64,000 nucleotides of DNA, from NCBI GenBank assembly GCA_047495785.1, contig JBLDXI010000001.1:4898001-4962000 (forward strand), in the 5' to 3' direction. Shown one piece after another: positions 1 through 12,397 of this stretch (its first letter is position 1; the number at the start of each line of letters is the position of its first letter). The translations under genes were made by a program, and so were the position numbers. Source of the DNA: Lepidodermella squamata. Taxonomy: Eukaryota; Animalia; Gastrotricha. The notes beneath the pieces were generated by a model. That model searched no databases. It was not told where the DNA came from and saw nothing but the letters and a program-made list of their open reading frames with translations.

Positions 1-2260
1 ATCGAGGTAAACAGCAAACACAAAACAAATATTTGCAAATTTTTTGTAACCTTATTTTGAAGTTTACCTAGAATTTACATGCGTGAATTTATGGAAAGAG
101 TTTTTCCGAGCATTCCGAGAGATTCCATAGCCCGCACCTTGATAATTCTTTAATCGATCGACATTTTCCATTGCAAAAACTGTTTCTTAGTAGTACCAAA
201 CCAACATCATCAGGAGATTTTTGCGTCTTGATTAGCGAATATTTTTCTCCGTTAGCAATAGCCAACCCTGATTGATTTCGCACAATTATATTCAAAATGT
301 AAAATCTCTGGCAATGAAATTCGTGAAGCCAGGTCGAAAAATGCTTTTCATCAGCTAAATATTGGCTCGATCTGAGTTTTCAGCTGCGATTGCGTCCAAA
401 TATTCTAAATTGTTGCTTCCGAGCAACACATTTATGTGATTTTATTTCAATTTTTGCCCACTTGAGCGAAAGCGTTCCATTTTGGCTACATGGTACCCTA
501 AGGTATGTAGGCTAAAAGTACGATTTGGCCCTGTGTACTCAAGCATAACTCGCTAACTGACCGCCGAAAGCGCAAAATTCGAGCAATATTTAGATAGTTA
601 GATCTGGCTGAAAAACACTGACAATCAGAATTGATAGAGACTCAAGGAAAGGCGTGAAACTCGAAATCCACATTTTGGGGAAAATGTTGTTCTTGAATCC
701 TAAATTGAAGGCACAGCAATCTAGATTCTCCGTATTCGTTTTCGCGCAACAAAAATTCACTCGTTTCAAAATATCACCTTTTTTATTTGATTTGCGTAAA
801 AAAATAGCACAGTATGATGTGAAATGTCGACTACATGGTAGCCGGGCCGCCGCGACTCGGCGCCCCGAGTTGCCGCGCCCGATCGCGAAACTGCGTCGCT
901 TTCGCAACGTCCTGCTCGATGCCGGCCGCCTGCGACAACTGCGGCGCCTTGCCGAAGAGCAGCGCCGAGGCGTTGACGCAGCCGGGCGCGTCGCCCAGCT
1001 CGCACGCCCGCGCCAGCAACCGGATCACCTCGCGGCCCGTCTGCGGACTGCGCACCTCGCTGTCCCTGCCCTTGAGCTTTATGTCCGCCAGCCGGGTGCA
1101 CGCGCCGGCCACGCTGCCCTCGTCGCACGCCCGCTGCAGGTACTTCGCCGCCAGCGGCCAGTTGAGGTCCGAACTCGCGAACATGGCCGCCGTCATGCAC
1201 GTCTTCGGCTTGAGCTCGCACGCCTTCCGCGCGAGTTCCACGGCGCCCTTCTGGTCCTTCGGGATGCCCTTGCCGAGGGCTTTCATGTAGGCGAGGCGGT
1301 TGCACGACTCCGGCTCCGAGTACGCCGAGCACGCGTGTTCGTAAATCGCCGCCGCGCGTTCGTAGTTCACTTTCACGTTGTACTCGTATTCGCCCAACAA
1401 TCGACAACCTGACGAAAAAAATAAAAGAAAAATCAGGAAAAATACAAAAATTTCAATTTTAATTCGCATGCTTTTTCGAATACTTTTGATTCGGCCGGTT
1501 TTTCAAGAAGTATCACGATATTACACGTTATTACAATTTCTTCATTTCAAATTCAGTCGATATTCGGAAATGTTGACAAATAATTAAATTTTATATTCTT
1601 TCCAACAGATACTCGCATTATTTTACATTCATTTCGAGAAATTAAGAAAATGGCTCACCTTCGGGGTCTTTTTCCTTGTAGCACGCGAACGAATACTCAG
1701 CCGCAATATTTTTCAAGTACTCCTCCGCCTCGGCCTCGTTTTTCCAATCAACAAAACTGCCCATCGCACGAATTTGATTAAAATAAAATACCTACCATAA
1801 AACAAAATAACAGCTATGAAAAATTATAAATAAATTAAAATAAATAAATTCCTCATTATTTTTGCTAGATTTTGGACGGTTGCATCGTGGTGATATCGTT
1901 CGGCCTCGACATCATGCTCATGTTCGAGGAAGTCAGCGTCGCCATCGAATCCATCGCTCAACTGCTCATCATGCTACGGTTGTGGCGCATCGCCCGCATT
2001 GTCAACGGTAAAATATAAAAATTTAACTAAACTCCAATTAATTTTGGATAATTTCAATTCCATTCTTCGCCGATATTATTTGGCAATTTTTTAATATTTA
2101 TTCAAATTCAGGAGCCGCTGTGGCGATGGACTCGAAATGGCGCACGAAGTACCACGCGTTAGAGGACAAGATGAAATCGCTGCAAAAGCACCTGCCGCCC
2201 GAGTTCGTGAATTTGCACGAAGAAATCGCCGACAAGGCGCACCACCACCACGGCCTGTGA
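1..2260 (+). CDS. HVCN1: Voltage-gated proton channel Hv1-like, 3' part (exon end 1-6, exons 1871-2008, 2112-2260)
   Basis: Spliced translation IE|[17 protein letters not shown]...[16 protein letters not shown]|AAVAMDSKW...HHHHGL*. RLWRxxRIVNG is the Hv1 S4 signature. GT-AG junctions are in phase. The 5' part lies outside the window. Confidence 0.85.
831..1764 (-). CDS. COA7: Cytochrome c oxidase assembly factor 7-like Sel1-repeat protein (exons 1764-1659, 1408-831)
   Basis: [36 protein letters not shown]|CRLLGEY..., followed by Cys-paired Sel1-like repeats (ACxxG...C); matches the COA7/SELRC1 N-terminus. Confidence 0.85.
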
Positions 2261-2474
2261 TTTCGATGCAACCAAATTATGACAACCTCGTTTTACATTT
2301 TGGCAATCAAGCAATCGAACGTGTAATGCAATTCCCGCTCTTCCGATTGACAACAGATTTGTGCGAAATTCGAAAAAAAACGTTTTATATCTTCTAAAAA
2401 ATGTGACACTACTAGCAACAACAACAATTTTTGCATCATTTTTCCGCTGAAGGCTGACTGAAAAATAAACGATA

Positions 2475-5124
2475 TTATGATGAAGCGTTGTTGTTGTTGT
2501 TGTTGTGCAGGCTATTCGCGGCTATCCGCTTGTGGACGCGGCAGCACGGCGCGTCGGCGCTGCAGTTGCCGTGATGATGGTCGGCGTGGCCGTTTTGGGG
2601 GTCGACGGTGCCATTCGGTGATGGCTGAGGGCCACAAACCAAATCGCGGAATGTTTTCGAATCGAACGGGTTTTCGACTATCACAGCATGCTCATCGGGC
2701 AGAGGCTAAATGAAAAATAAACATTTCAATAACCAAAACTTGAAAAATTGAAATTTACATCGAAATTTTTACAACTGATTTCTATGAAAATTGGCAACAT
2801 GGAAATTGAACTAATACTTAATAGCCTTTTGAAATTCAGTTGAAGGCAAATGTTGAATTTTGAAAATTTGTTGCTGAAAATTGCTGTTATATTTTCTCAG
2901 TCAATTTGAAATCAGCCACCAATTGCGCGGAAAAATTTAAAATCGTCTGGAAGTGAGCTTTCAGAAATTCACAAAAAGCAAAATTCGCAAAAATCAAATT
3001 GAAAAGTTTTCGAATGTGCAAACTTACATCTCGCGTTTTCTCCATTGCAACAAGACGCCGGCAAACAGTGGTGATTCGGTCGCCCTCGGGCGAATTCGAC
3101 ACCACTTTCAAACACGGATGATGCGGAACATGCGATTCTTTGAAACTAGGCAAAACATTTTCATTTCCGTAATTCACAAACATCAACGCTCATAGTTGCT
3201 ACGTACTCTTTGGGCGCTAAACTAGGCAGCCAGAAGACGAGCCGGCCGCCTTTGCGCAGCAACACCGCCGCCATGTTCAGCAAATCTGTGTAGATTTCGA
3301 CGAAGCCGTAGCAGATTTTCGACGGAATGTGAAGGTGCCGACTAGAAGAAATAATCAACTTCATTATTAGCTTCAAAATTCGACTTGGTAACTTAGCGCT
3401 TACATGTCATCGGTGAGTTCGTAAGGCTCGTGGCTTCCCAATCGCCGGCCAGATTCACGAACGCCATACGGAGCTGAATTTAAAACGAAAAATTAAACAA
3501 AAACATCAACTAAATAAACGGATTCGGACCGATCAATATAAAATTGAGCGAGTGTTTTGGTATAAAAAAGCCAAGCTACCCCACTATGTTTTCTCGAAAA
3601 TAGTAAAAAAATTTGAAATGCTTACGATCAGTGACGATGGCGTCGAACAACCCAATGCCGTTGTGCCACAACTGCGGAATGAGACTCGCATCGCCGACGA
3701 AACAGTCCAGGTAGCGACTCTGAAGGCCGTACTGCTGCATGTTCGCGAGCACACTCTCGCCGGCCGATCGCGATTTCACGCCGACGCGACTCGGCCGCGA
3801 TTTGCCGTGCAGCAACAGGTAGTTTATGTCCAGGCCCGTCACGTAGGCGCCGAAGTGAGCACAGGCCACGAGGCAGCCGCCGGAACCGCAAAACGGATCC
3901 AGCACCAAATCATTATCGCGAACCTAAATTTGCAGAAAAATTACCAAATATTTAGAAAACTGTTTGAGAATTCAAGAAAATTCGAGGATTTTTCGACTCA
4001 TTGAATCATTTTAAATTGTCAAATTAAAAAATATTTGAAATGGGCAAAATTACCTGTGCTTCGTTGGCCATGATAAAAGCTAGAAGAGGGTCCATGCTCG
4101 TATTCGCGATGAATACTCGCGTTTTCAGGTCGTATTTGTGGATGATTTTGCGCTGCCCATCAGCAATCCACCGGCCGATGAAGTAACGCGTCGGAATTTC
4201 GTCCACTTTCATGTGATTCCGCATGGTTGGATCGTGGTCCATGAGCAAATCAAAGCGATGCGTTGAGCTCGCTAAATCAACCGGGCCGTCGAGTTTCAAC
4301 ACATTCGATACAATATTCTGAAAATAAAATTAATAAATAAATCAAAAGCCATACAGAAGTGATACAGTCAATGGGTTCAATTCTAATAACTAAATATTGG
4401 GAAAAATAGGTGAATTTCGAAGCTTGAAATTTAGGAAAATGAGCTTGGTAAATTTCATATAGATAGAATTTTTGTCCCACTTTTTAAAAAAAGCTACTAC
4501 AAAATTACAAGTCCGTAATTCTGCTGTCAATTTTGGCTATAATTTCAAATGAAATATGCGAATAACAGTTGAAAGATGTGAAAAAATGAACTTACGTCGA
4601 TGAGACTGAGAACTTCCTTGTGATTCTGCTTCAAGCCAGTGCTTTTCACGCGAATCACAAACGAATCTGTGCAGTGAATGTAAGGCCTAGCTTGGACGGA
4701 ATTACTCGCTGACACTTCCAAATCTTTCAGCGACCAAGAATCTGCTAAATACTCGTACGAAGACCTGTAGTCGAAATTCAGGTTTTAGTAAAATATCATT
4801 TGTCATTTTAGATAAAACGAACTTGAGGAGGAAAGATCGTTTCGCAATTGATTTCACGTCGTTTTCGGACGGCAGATCGGCCACGATGAAAGGAGACTAT
4901 CAAATTGAAATTCTGTAAAACTGAAATAGAGGCAGACTCAATACCTACTTCTCTGCCTTTATCGATAACATCCATTTTGATATTGAGCATTGAAGCCACA
5001 GAAATCAACTCCTGGAAAATTCAGCCATTAGGTAAGCATGTTTGAAATGAGAAAATGTGGAAAAACTCACATTCAGAGTAAATTGCAAATTGTTGCGCGC
5101 GAAATAGAAAATAAAGCGCTTCAT
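2475..5124 (-). CDS. TRMT11: tRNA (guanine-10-N2)-methyltransferase, multi-exon
   Basis: Motifs YDLKTRVFIANTSMDPLLAFIMAN, VLDPFCGSG, FDAIVTD(PPYG)VRE, LRKGGRLVFWLP. Last exon 2705-2475 joins in phase (TRD|PLPDEHAVIVENPF). Confidence 0.9.
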
Positions 5125-5680
5125 TTTTAAAATTTAACACCTAAAATTTGAGAATAAAAGCCTAATTCGCCTTAGATAGAGAGCAGAAAAAAACAATATA
5201 GTAAGCCAAAAATAGCCGCCTTCAATAGTGTCCAACTCAAATTTAAACGAATTTTAAATATTCTGTTTAACAGAACGATCAAATAAATTATGTGGATTTT
5301 TCCAGTTATTTTCTATTTTCCATGCTTTCTCTTGGGTAAATTTCACTGCTACTTGATCTCTACAAAGCATCATGAAATTTCTTTTGATATTAGCTTCTTT
5401 AATAGCAGGCTCGCAACGATGCCGCTCGAAAGGCTGCAACTGAGTCTAACAACCCCCAACTTACAGTTCATGATCGCATTATCATGGCATTTCCATCATC
5501 GCATGCTCTCACTAGTAAATGACGTTGAGGTCCTGAGGCTGTGACCCAAGTAACCAACCTACGCTGTTTCCACTGTCCACAATAAGTACTCTGCAATTTA
5601 GCGAAGCCTCGGATGCGATGATTTTGCGTGAGCTTCTTCTTTCGGTTGGCACCAAGCACAGGTAAAGCCAACTCTAACGA

Positions 5681-7252
5681 CATTAGAACTGAACGCAAAT
5701 CTTGTACGTACATCAATAGCAGATTGCCCCGAAAACAGCCTGATTACCGGCGTACCGCTTTTCTCTCTCGCTGATCTAGGCGTAGACCACTGGAGGCAGA
5801 ATGACCTAAACTACACGCTCGTCCTTCTCAAGCAAGTCCTCGTTCTAGTTGACCTGACTGCTCCAAGTAGCGATGCCCACAATAACACATGTGGTCTGAA
5901 CACCGTTGAGATGAAGAGCAGCTTCAACATGTTGATTCGCAGCCGGCGCAACGCCGAGCGAAAGAGGGCTGAGCGCAAATGCACTCCGCGCTAAAACCGC
6001 AACGCCACAGCCGATTTGAATTTTTCCAACAGTAATTAATACTAATGTTTTAGACGCTTAGACGGCTATGTAACAGCTATACAACTCTAATAGCCATTAG
6101 CGACGAACATTTTCTCATGCCGCAACTTTGATCATTTCTTTACACTTGAGCACAGCTTCGAGGAAGGCAGCTTCGGCTTTGTTGTACAGAGCGAGGTCAA
6201 ACTGGGCATTAACGCTTAGCAACAGGCTCAACTCACACGCGAATAATACTCAAGTCGGGCGGGCCAGAAATCGGTGTTTTTTCAACGACGAATGCCCGGA
6301 TGGCGAAAAGTTAGTTGAGCTCAGGAACCTCTTTAATAATCTAGCCTGAACCCTGAACGACGGCAAAACACGAAGAAGAACGAAATCGGAGATCGAGATA
6401 TGCTTTCATTGACTCGTTTAATAAATCGAATTTATAGGTATCAAGATTCAGATATATGTATCTATATAAAAATATATGAAATGACGCTTGTTGGTGCTCT
6501 GGAAAGCACAGAGACGACGGCGGCGAGCAGCTGACCCGATCCAAAAAGAAGGGCTGTCCAGCGTTATTGTCAAACACGCCAGCGTCACGGGCATTGACGG
6601 AGATGGCTATACTGTGACAGCGCGAAACATGGAGCACAACCATGAGCGTACCGAACAGGACTACAATCGTCGAACAGCAGCCATGTCGAAAGTTCTTTCT
6701 CGCCAATGCCTAACTGATGAGTTTGAATCCAGCTGCTAGAAGCCTGAACAATCACCCAGTTGCAGCATCAGTCGCGGAATAGCTCTGTGACCCTGTGTCT
6801 CCTTCGAAGCAAGCAGCCATAATTCTCAATGAGAAGTACAATCTGAATTGTAGATGCAAAGATTTGCTAAACTTCTTCAACTTTTTGCTAAACGAACGAA
6901 TAATAAACGTCGTTAGAACTGAACGCGAATCTTTTACGTCAATAGCAGGCTGCCCCGAAAACAGCCTGATCACCGACGTACCGCTTTTCTCTCTCACTGA
7001 TCTAGGCGTAGATCACTGGAAGCAGAATGACCTGAATTACACTCTCACCCTTGTCAAGCAAGTCCTCGTTCTAGTGGACCTGGCTGCTCTAAATAGCGAC
7101 GCCCACAGTGGCACATGTGGCCTGAGTACCGCTGAGATGAAGAGTAGCTACATCGTTTCTATTCGCTGCTTCAAAGCAGCCAACGCACAGCGCAGCGCCG
7201 AGCGAAAGAGCGCAAATGCATTCTGAGCTGAAACCGCAACGCCACAGCCGAT
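5681..7252 (+). repeat. Diverged direct duplication (~335 bp; 5681-6015 and 6911-7252) of a coding-like module
   Basis: Both copies translate in the + frame as SIA(D/G)CPENSLIT(G/D)VPLFSL(A/T)DLGVDHW(R/K)QNDLNYTL..., with many synonymous differences. Confidence 0.8.
6430..6900 (+). pseudogene. Mutator/MULE transposase-like DNA-binding region (FAR1/WRKY-GCM1 type), frameshifted
   Basis: CSGKHR...KKGCPALL (6546-6569), frameshift, then YTVTARNMEHNHE (HNH 6635-6643), then SPSKQAAIILNEKYNLNCRCKDLLN resembling the downstream helical region. Confidence 0.55.
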
Positions 7253-8975
7253 GGGGTGCGTGAGGTTATTGTTGATCCGCGCCGAGGCGGCTTGTCTGGC
7301 ATCTCAAGAGTCGACGAAAACAACCTTCAGTCGGGAGCTGGAAACTTGGACGATGATGGGCATGCGTTTTGCCTGCTTTCTGCGCCGCCTGTGCTGTGAC
7401 AAGGAAAAGAGCCGCTCTATCAGACACATGATCAGACGTCTCGGCTCAATCTTTGTCAATCTCTGTAGAGCAATCTTTCCATGCCGTTCAACCTATCCAA
7501 ATCGATGGTCAACGGTTCATTGCGGTGACTTTTTGACACACATGGGCAACCTCCGACTCTAGCGACCTACTAATCGAGATAAGCTCGAATCTTCTCTTCT
7601 CGATGGTCAAGGCATCGTCACAAGGCATCGATTCACCGAGGTCGTCTACACGGCCTGTGCCCTCGTCATCGGGTACCGAAAAAAGCGGTCGACTGCGATG
7701 TTTACGGCAAATGGACGTGCGCCGATCGTTGGTCAAGTCGATGGCCGAGATCCGAAATCCGAAATCCGAGTCGACTGGCTCTCTTCCTTAGCTTTCGTTT
7801 CCGAAAAAATAGCGCGCTTTAAAATTAAAATTGCTACATTTGTAATTTTCTAATTCAATAATTGACATAAAAATATAAAAATAATTTTAACGTCATGAAA
7901 ATTTACAACACGTGGGTTTTTTGTTGCTTATGACGCTAACTAACTCTTCTTCTTGACAACCAGCGGAGTTTTCCGCTTGGAAATTTTGAAAATTGCCGGC
8001 GCTTAACCGTCAGCCACTTTCCTCAGGCACCGTTGAATTGTTACATTGAAAGATGGTCCTGAACAGCGCTCTGTCATGTCACTAGAAATATTTTGCCGTT
8101 AACTTGAACGTGCGATTTTTTCAGCTGCTATGGCTATGCCATGATAAAAAAAGGATTGTCACTATATGGAGATGAACTTTTGATTTCGAGAGGCTTCGTA
8201 AGGTCATTTACGACGAAAAATACTTTGTTAATAGTTTTAGTGTATTTGGATGATCCATTCCAAAAATAATTGAATGTTTTCGAATTTGTTCTCGCAGCTG
8301 TTCTCGCGAGTTTGGCAATTATTTCAGCATGTAACGTGATAGATTCCTATCCTACCATGCGATATGTTTCTCGAAACAATTTTGTATCTGATGTCTGATG
8401 ACACTATATCTGATATTATAGTGACATGACAGACAAAGCGGTAATGCGGTAAGGCTGAGAGTCCACGCAAACTTGACTTGATATAATGAAAATAAATGAG
8501 TATTCTGCGGTCTGCGGCTGAGAGTTCATCTTCTTACAGGCAAGCTGAATTTCCCAGTGAACGTAAAATCTTTCTTTGCTAACGCAGACACTGAGCGCGG
8601 TTTTACCACTTGAGTTTTCCATCTTCCTTAATCAGTAAAACGTGAAAGAATTGAATGTCTCATAAAGATAGTGTAATTATAATTTGCATCAACCCATAGC
8701 CTGATGAGCCCAGTAATAGTTCAAAACACGTGCTGCAACAGTTATCGGCGAGCCCGCTGACTGCCTGACTTTCATACCGAGAAAAAAAAAGAAATTTGAA
8801 AAAGATTTCTTCCATTTATTGTCATTTCATAAACAATGTTTGTAAAATTAAAAACAATCTATCATCATCACATGCCGGAATAATTTATCATCGGTATAAA
8901 AATTGCGGATAACACCGGAAATGTAGAGACGTTCGTGCGTGAGTAATCTGAGATAAAATTAAGTGTTACGCCGTA

Positions 8976-9939
8976 TTACGACTGACGCGCCGCGCCCTTG
9001 TCGGCTTGCTCAAGTATCGTCGAAAATAAGCCGCTCAGCAGCCGGCCAGACACTGAAGACGCCGCCGCCGGCTTGCTGCTGCTGTCCAGCTGTTTCGAGA
9101 AGGCGCTAGGCAGCTGCAGGAACGGCGCCGGGTTTCCATCCGTCAACTCGTGGTGATTATCGACCGGGGGCGACGGAGGAGGTGGCAATTTATTATTATC
9201 ATCAGACTCGATAATTTGAACATGCTCATTAGTAGACGGGCGGTTTTGATTCCACTGATCAGCGACCGATTTACGAATCGCAGCATCCTCAGCCCGGCCA
9301 TGACTAGCGTCGAGTGAAAACAGGTGTTTTTCGGACATTCTACCAGGCTGAAACACAGCCGGGTCTTGTTGATTGCGGTTGTTGTTGTCGTCAAACATGA
9401 CCACGTCCTGGTCGAGCTGGCGAAACCGGGCCAGCCACTGGTCGCGCCTCGCCTGCGCCGCCTTATCGTTATCCGGGTCGAGTGATTCGCGAATGCGCTC
9501 CGTTTTGCCGCCGTGCATCGGCTGCGGCGCGATTTTAAGCTGCAACGGCTGGCCGAGCATTTGCTCGGGCGCGTGGCGTTTCGCCGGATTAAGCCCGCTG
9601 AAATCGCTGAGGCCGGACGGCTGGCCGCGCCACGGCTCGACGGGCGCGAGAGGGGGCGGCGTCGGAATCGCAACGTCAGCCACAGGCATGTCGAGGTAGG
9701 ACGGAATTTCAGGCGTCTCGTCCGGGTGATTAAAAATGTTCAAAACTGCAAAGTAGCGACTAATTAACTCGGCATGATTTTCAATTAGAGCAACACCTAC
9801 TTATCGGCACCATAACTATCGCGGTTGTTATCACGCCGAGAATGATAATTGTCTGTTGAAATGATTGGAAAACAAAGAAAAGGCTATAATTAACGAGTTG
9901 TATAGGTGAAAATTGTTAGCTAACCATCCACTGTTCCAT
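8976..9939 (-). CDS. Hypothetical protein with N-terminal signal anchor (exons 9939-9925, 9852-9801, 9745-8976)
   Basis: In-phase GT-AG junctions give MEQWM|TIIILGVITTAIVMVPI|ILNIFNHPDE...; the rest is Pro/Gln/Asp-rich and low-complexity. Confidence 0.65.
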
Positions 9940-11849
9940 GGCGGCGATGATGATGTGGTGAAGGAAAAACAATGTTTTCAAGTTGTTGTGTTCGTGTTAA
10001 AGATAAAATAAGTGGTTGAATATTTTGAAAATTCAATGCTCGATGAGCAGCCGGCACGCGTTTGATCGCGTGCTCTTCGAAGAGGCGTCACATTTCTACA
10101 TTTCTGGCTCGACTCGTATTGGAAAATGTTCAGAAACTGGACACTAAAAAAAGGAACGAAAATAGTCGTAGAAATTCGATGGCTTGAGATTTATTCTTTG
10201 ACAGAAGCGGCAGAATAACTCAATTATTTCGACATTTTGGGAAATAATTTGCGTTTTTTCGCATTTTTTTTTCGTTGTTATGATCCAGGTCTCAATTAAT
10301 CGTTGTTTGATTGGCGAAAAGCAGATGGCAGAGCAAATCTTTAATAGCTGTATATTTTGACTGTTATCCGCTGCAAAACAAAATCGAACAAATATCTGCC
10401 GCTGTGGAATTTTCATTTGTATCAGATCATTGCTTATTTTTCGGGAAAAATTGCTGAAACGTAGCTTTAAAGCATCGATATTTCGATATTTCGATGTTAC
10501 AACAAATTTTTCCGATTTTTCCTCTAACATTATTTAATTCTGAACGAATATTTATCGCAACGCCATTCGAGGTGTTCAGAAATAATTGAAAAATAGTCGA
10601 GCGGTATTTTATTTTTCAGCAATCGCCGCAAGTCGAGATGCGATGAACCAGAAATTGTGATGAAAGAAATTGAAGGCGTGAATATTAATTTTCTCAATTT
10701 TTGCGGCAAGTTCACCATCATAGTTGGTCATCACCTCAGCTTTCGCGTATCTGCGTTCCTGTTGGTTGCGATGCTGTTGATTTCAGTAAACGATAATAAT
10801 GTGTCCCAACCCTCTGGATAATGATCATCGCTTTCTCCCGAAACGAGCAGGAATTATTGCCTGATTTCTGTGACTTCTGTCGGATTTATGGATAAAAACC
10901 GGCATAAATTCGCGCTATTTACGTGCCTGAATTTATCTGCATCAGCCGATTTATTACTGGTTTTAATCCTTTTTATCTCCCATTTACCATCAATTTACGC
11001 GTGGAACAGGTAACAAGGGCGGGCAGCGTGGGCGTAGTTATTTACAGCTATCATCAATCCATCACTTTTTATCATCATGTGTCTGCCTATGCCTAGCTCT
11101 TGCTCGCTATCCGAAAACCAGGCCGCTGCATCTGCTGCTGCTGCTGCTGACCACAATATGTGCTATACAACAATAACAACAACAATAATGGCTACCGGCT
11201 TGCTTGTTAGCATGAGGCGCGGCCAGCGTGGGTCAGGCTCGGGACACCTTGTTGAAACAACGCACGATTTTTACCGTAGAAACCGCCTGAAAACCGCAAA
11301 CGCATCGAACAAACCGCAAAACGCAATCAAATTTAACGAATTTTTTAATCAATTTTCAATCGAATCAAAGTGAAGTTTACGATTTATTTTTTCGAGTTTT
11401 CAAACGAGAATTTCGTATATTCTGCGGCGGCTGTGCGTTTTCGGGGTAATACGGCCTGGCGCTTATTTATTATTGCTATTACGAGACGCGGCTGGCGTTG
11501 CGTTTGCTTAGTGAATAACGCAAATACACTCACGCGCGCTCTCGCGTTCTCGCTGATATACGATATATGCATGCGGCATGTATGCGAGCGAGCGCGCAGA
11601 TGCCGAGCATGTGTGTGTGCGCTATTAATAATTGCGCGCGTTGTGGTTGCATCACGCGGGTCATTCAACGGTCGCCGGCGAGTTCGCGCGCCGGTCAGCT
11701 ATTGCGCGTTCGCATCGGGCCGCCGCCGCACCAACGGCCGTCATTTCGTCCGATTTCGCTAGTCGATGCAACAACTATTCTCTCTAGCTACGCAACACCG
11801 CCTGCTGACCGGGCCGTCGCCTTTCGACCTAAGCGCGCGCGCACACAGG

Positions 11850-11865
11850 CCGGGTATAAAACGGC
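11850..11865 (+). promoter_or_regulatory. TATA box in a CpG-rich promoter-like region, probably of the miR-36 primary transcript
   Basis: GGGTATAAAACGG within a CG-rich stretch (11500-12200), with no downstream protein-coding gene; miRNA hairpin ~450 bp downstream. Confidence 0.5.
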
Positions 11866-12292
11866 GAAAACGCAGCGCTGTTCGGCCACTCGCTCGCTTT
11901 TGCGCCTAGGCGTCGCTCACTCGCTCACTCACTTTGTTGTAGTTGTAGTCGTAGTTTGCTATAGCATAGCATAGTATAGTAGTATATGCTAATGAGCGTC
12001 GGTCCACAACAACTATAGCGTCGCTTCTTGTTGCATCTATGTTTGTTTTGGCGGCGCGACTAGTAAACAATGGAATGGCGTGCGTGCGCTGACCGACGCC
12101 ACTCGACAACAATAGCGGTGACGCTACGCAGTCGGCCTCGCGCCGCCGGCCGGCCATCAACGGCCATTCGCGCATTTTCTCTCGCCGAAGCAACTAGCTT
12201 TTTCTGGACATTTCAGTCTTCAGTCTTCGCCTTCGGTCTTCAACATCAGAAATATTTTTCAACTCTTGCCTTCAGCCTTCAGCCTCTGACTC

Positions 12293-12397
12293 AGCAACAT
12301 GTTGAATGGTTGAGTGATACCTCTGGTAATGCTGTTGATACATCATGATCATATAGAGCCATCACCGGGTATTCATTCATCCACTCGCAGTTGCTAA
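12293..12397 (+). ncRNA. mir-36: microRNA precursor, miR-36 family (mature 3p ~12362-12384)
   Basis: TCACCGGGTATTCATTCATCCAC carries the miR-36 seed CACCGGG and the 3' CATTCAT typical of the family. The 5' arm TGGTTGAGTGATACCTCTGGTAATGCT pairs with it; basal stem AGCAAC/GTTGCT. Confidence 0.75.

Noticed and set aside
654-1412. Long + strand and alternative-frame ORFs over COA7 (likewise over TOP3A, DHX35, LYSMD and ARMH3 exons)
   Set aside because: Shadow ORFs caused by extreme GC3 bias; the recognisable protein is in another frame or strand
2475-5124. Functional linkage of TRMT11 to the tRNA array
   Set aside because: 22 kb apart with unrelated genes between; proximity alone is not evidence
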